64,000 nucleotides of DNA from NCBI RefSeq assembly GCF_000281045.1, contig NW_008246099.1, positions 306,372-370,371 on the forward strand. The letters run 5' to 3'. The notes beneath the pieces were generated by a model. It ran no database searches. It saw nothing but the letters and a program-made list of their open reading frames with translations, and was not told the origin of the DNA. Position numbers and translations under genes: made by a program. Source of the stretch: Saprolegnia diclina VS20 (lineage: Eukaryota). Positions 60,152 through 64,000 of this stretch are shown here, one piece after another (the stretch's first letter is position 1; the number at the start of each line of letters is the position of its first letter).

Positions 60152-60166
60152 TCAGTTCTCAATTTG
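60152..60166 (+). promoter_or_regulatory. Inr+FPR-like core promoter inside the transposon
   Basis: TCAGTTCTCAATTTG about 45 nt upstream of transposase ATG 60209. Confidence 0.5.
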
Positions 60167-60208
60167 CCTCGCAGCCACTGCGTCAACGTCTTCCTCTACA
60201 CCCAGCCC

Positions 60209-61685
60209 ATGTCCTACAACATCGCACGCACGCCAGCGGCCCTCACAGACAAGCGTGTGAGTCATCGAAACCTTACCGACGTCGAGCGCTGCGGTGTCTA
60301 CCAGCAGCTGCTGGAGATGACGACGGGCGACGTGCTGAGATGCACGGCCTTCCGAGAAGTCGCCGTCAAGTATGCATGCCACCCGCGCACCGTGAAGCGC
60401 ATCTGGAAGCGAGGACAAGCGGCCATCAAGAAGGGCAGTCCCGGGGCCGTCGTTGCGTCCAGAATTCGTGGTATGTCCTCTACAAGTCGATTTTTTATCA
60501 CCCGATGGGAGTATACATTTTGACGGTTGTACTGGATTAGGAAATTCTGGTCGCAAAGCCGTGCGCTCGCATGACGCCATCAAGGCGGCGATCAAGGCCG
60601 TCCCTCACAACAAGCGCCAGACGTACCGGTCGATGGCGGCACAGACCGGCATCCCCACGACGACACTTGTACGACACAAGAAGGCGACACCCAGCCTCAG
60701 GTCGCGCCCCAGCACCATTAGCCCCCTCTTGACCGATGTCAACAAGGCGTCACGACTGGCGTTTGCTGCGTCATTTGTGCGCCGCGCGGACAATGGGACC
60801 TGCCACTTTGCCGACATGCGTGACTACGTGCATGTTGACGAAAAGTGGTTCTTCCTCACGCGGGTCAAGAAGCGCTTCTACGTGTACGACGACGAGGTCG
60901 TGGCGACGCGCTCATGCAAGAGCAAGAGCCACATCACGAAGGTCATGTTTCTCGCCGCTGTCGCCCGCCCGCGGTACGACCCACACACTCGCAAGACTTT
61001 CGACGGCAAGATTGGCATTTGGCCGTTCGTGAGCGAGACGGTCGCCAAACGCAACAGCAAGCGACGGAAGCGAGGGACCATCACACTGCAACCGACGACC
61101 GTGAACGCGGAAGTGTACAGCAACGTGATGCTCAACGACGTTGTTCCCGCGATCCAAGCCAAGTTTCCAGCGGCCTGCTACGCCAAGGGCATCAAGATCC
61201 AGCAGGACAATGCAAGCCCCCACAGAATTGTCACGACGTCTCTGCTGGAGAGCAACGGCATCGAATGTATTACGGTCGCCAACCAACCTCCCAACAGTCC
61301 CGACCTCAACGTCTTAGATCTTGGATTCTTTAACTCTATTCAAAGTCTGCAGCATCAAAATAGCACTCATACAATTGAGGAGCTCATAGATGCTGTGGAA
61401 AAGTCATTCTACGAGTTACCTGTCGACACACTGTCCAAGACGTTTTTGACTTTGCAAAAGGTCATGGAAAGGGTCATGGACATGGGGGGCGGCAACAATT
61501 ACAAGCTGCCCCACATGCGAAAGGACGCCTCCATTAATGACCTCGCAAGTCATATCGTCGAATGCGATGCAGACTCCTACACCAGCGCGTTAGCTCAGTT
61601 GGATCAACGCCTGGGAGTGGAAGCTCGCATGGAGGACCAGTTGACTGGAAATTCAACAGAAGAAGTACTCGAGGCAGAGGAATAA
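60209..61685 (+). CDS. Mariner-like transposase; intron 60471-60540
   Basis: HTH region TVKRIWKRG; VHVDEKWF; KVMFLAAVARPR; FDGKIGIWPF; IQQDNASPH; QPPNSPDLNVLDLGFF; GGNNYKLPHMRK. Confidence 0.93.
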
Positions 61686-62531
61686 AAATACATTATATTT
61701 GTCGCCCCATTTATCGAGTTTAGCAGGTCAATACAAAAATCAAGATGTCGATTTCGACCGAAGTATAGTTTAATCAAGTATAAATCCCTTTGGACAATCA
61801 ATATGGAACAGAGTAGTAGTAGTAAACCAATGTATCTCGCCTGCTTGTCTCGCTGCATTCTCCATCATACCAGCCATGCAGCGTCGTACGCCAGGAACAA
61901 CCGCCCCAAGCGCCGCCCATCGCTAGCTTCTCCACTCGCCTGCGTGCCAACCCGAGACCAAACGACCTCAGCCCACGCGGTCTTCACACAAGCGTCCCAT
62001 GCCAAGAGACACTGGGGCGAAGGGCCGTAAACTGTTGCTTGGGCTGCTCCTCGGGTCCCAGTGCACCACGGCCTGCTCTTTTTATCGCCACTTGCTTGTC
62101 TATATTTCATGGCAGGCACACATGTGGGACATGGGCGGTGTCGGAAATGACGTGATACCAACGCGCGGCCTAGGCGCAGGCTCAAGCATGAGCCTGGAAG
62201 GAAGGCAGAGACCGCGGCAGGGCCGGTCGGTGTCGATGGATTTTGGTGTTATGATGTGTTCGAAGACAGTGTTCACGGCTCGCTAGGAGGTAGTCAACGA
62301 AGAGCTCTAGTAGTACCTACTGTAGTCGGAGGGGCTAACCATAATGCTTGCCATGGGCCAACAGACCACGCGCTGTTAGTTGCGGGTCGAAGACGCTTCG
62401 GCGAACGAGCGCAGGACCAGACCGCGTGTGGGATCTTACGCAACCATCGGCATTTGATTGGCCGTTGCGGCCATGATCACGAAAACATATTTTAGAAAGT
62501 GCAAACTGAGTTTCATTTTCAAAGTCGCGCC

Positions 62532-63573
62532 ATGTCGAACACTTTGACGCTCTGCACGTACAACATCCGCTTCATCTTGGACCGGTGGGACGAACGCCGG
62601 CCGTTCCTCGAGGAGGCGCTGACGCGTACGGGCGCCGACGTCTTTGCGCTCCAAGAAGTCAACATTGGCCACTATTAGGGCCAGCACCACGAGCTCCGCG
62701 ACCTCCTCTCAACCCAAGACACGGCACTCTCTGCGTTTCCGTCGCCGGGCGCGCGCGTCTACATCCAGGCGATCCCGCTTCTCGGGTACCTCTTTCGCTC
62801 GGGCAACCCGCTCGCTGCGGTCTTCTACGACGGCTGCGCGTGGTTCAACAAGCACTGCCTCGGCGCCATCTTGGGTCGCTTCACGCAAGTGATTTACCAT
62901 CGCCCTATCCTACGCGCGCTAACCTTTGTGAGCCTTGGCTCGGCGTGGGTCTTTGGCACCGCGCTTCTCGCCAAAGAAGCTCTATCGCCTGCCGCCCACG
63001 ACACGCTCCTCTTGAGCGATTGGAAGGTTGCACAGAGCGTCCAGCTTACGGTTGGCGGCAGCGTCGTGCTTGTTGCCAACGTGCACTTGTCGTCCGGGGA
63101 CGACGAAGAAGGTCTTCGCACCGATCAGATCACAAAGACGATCCAGTGGCTTCTCGCAATGCAGACAGAATCGATCGCCGGGATCGTGATTGTCGGCGAT
63201 TTCAACTGCGTGCCTGACGGCGGCTGCTACCGCACGATCCAAGCGCTTGGCTTCCGCAGCGCGCACCAGCTTCTTCACAGAAAGGAGCCCGAAAAGACAT
63301 TCCATCAGGGGCTCGAAGCCCCGACAAAGGACGTTGGCGACGAGAAGACACTCGACTACGTGTTTGTCTACGGCACGGTGCGGTTCATCTTTGCGCTGGT
63401 GACATCGACTTTACATCGTTTGATAGGTGACGCCGCAGACCATCAATGTGATTGGCTCCGAGTGCTGCAACGGCGATACCACGCTGTACCCGAGCGACCA
63501 TTTTGGCCTCGTGGCCAAGCTTCTCGTCGGCGAATCACCCCGTCCGGTCGAGGTAGCAAACTCCGATTCTTAG
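62532..63573 (+). pseudogene. Endonuclease/exonuclease/phosphatase (EEP) family protein with an in-frame TAG at 62676-62678; intron about 63378-63427
   Basis: CTYNIRF...RWDERRP...DVFALQEV, then TAG, then the same frame continues to NVHL, VGDFN, LDYVF and (after the intron) YPSDHFGL. Confidence 0.7.
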
Positions 63574-64000
63574 TTGTATCACTCGATGTTTTCACATGAC
63601 GAGTCATTTACCATACTGGGCTTTGAGTTTCGAAGTAGTAGTTGGTGGCTTAGGGCAGCAGTTCATTACTGTCGAGTTGCAGCTGGAGGCTTGTCTACTC
63701 ATTCAATCATGGTGCAGCTGTGCCGCCCATACTGTCGCGGATTCTGCCCGTGATCAGAGAAAGCACGTGGCTGCAGTTCTGCTTGCAGTTCAAGTTGAAG
63801 CTCAACGACACCGCCTCCACGAATAGGTCTAGGTGTAGCTTCTTGTAGCGCATCTTGACTTCATTTCGACGCCTCTTGAGCACCTGTCTTCCACCACCCT
63901 CGGTGCGCAGACGAAGCAGGTCTCAACACACACTTCTCGAACTCTACTGAACAAGATGCGCGCACAGTGTTGCCACAGCAAACTGCTCGCGTGAACCTCA

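Larger units (their letters stand above)
59935..61816 (+). mobile_element. IS630-Tc1-mariner DNA transposon (plant-mariner-like), apparently full length
   Basis: 26-bp TIRs CTCCTCTGTTCCATATTGATTGTCCA (59935-59960) and TGGACAATCAATATGGAACAGAGTAG (61791-61816, one mismatch), TA on both flanks, and an internal transposase. Confidence 0.93.

Noticed and set aside
62676..62678. Selenocysteine or pyrrolysine recoding
   Set aside because: The codon is TAG, not TGA, pyrrolysine is unknown in eukaryotes, and the position is not catalytic.
1..64000. Hundreds of overlapping antisense and alternate-frame ORFs (e.g. 42541-44274 +, 44308-45432 +, 45625-46752 -)
   Set aside because: They are shadows of GC-rich real genes on the other strand or frame and have no recognisable motifs.
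63600..64000. Possible 3' end of a minus-strand gene at the window edge
   Set aside because: The open stretch is short, has no recognisable motif and lacks context.

Overview
This is eukaryotic, gene-dense, GC-rich DNA with many short (about 40-90 nt) GT-AG introns. Intron style, Inr/FPR-type promoter motifs and gene content point to an oomycete, probably Saprolegniales (inference). About 25 protein genes can be read, most only after manual splicing: a MATE C-terminus, KIF6-like kinesin with a PH domain, a calcineurin-B-like protein, an internally deleted APE2, a CAMK kinase, a Frag1/DRAM-like protein, KTI12, WDR35/IFT121, aspartokinase-homoserine dehydrogenase, an ELAPOR/KIAA1324-like protein, an SDR, a C2H2-like membrane protein, ZNF598/Hel2, an EF-hand protein, CFAP221, FATP, a Dpy-30-motif protein, a CFAP92-like protein, NF-YC and an EEP hydrolase with an in-frame TAG. 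There is also an apparently intact mariner-like transposon (DD36D spacing, TIRs, TA target duplication). The most unusual region is 22.3-30.0 kb, which holds two adjacent head-to-head paralog pairs. The first pair encodes signal peptide + TTL/ATP-grasp + EGF + TM proteins, one catalytically intact and one an apparent pseudoenzyme. The second pair encodes Ctr copper transporters with YHS/TRASH-like ectodomains, one also fused to a C-terminal HMA domain. Exon boundaries were inferred by eye and family assignments come from motif recognition, not database searches.
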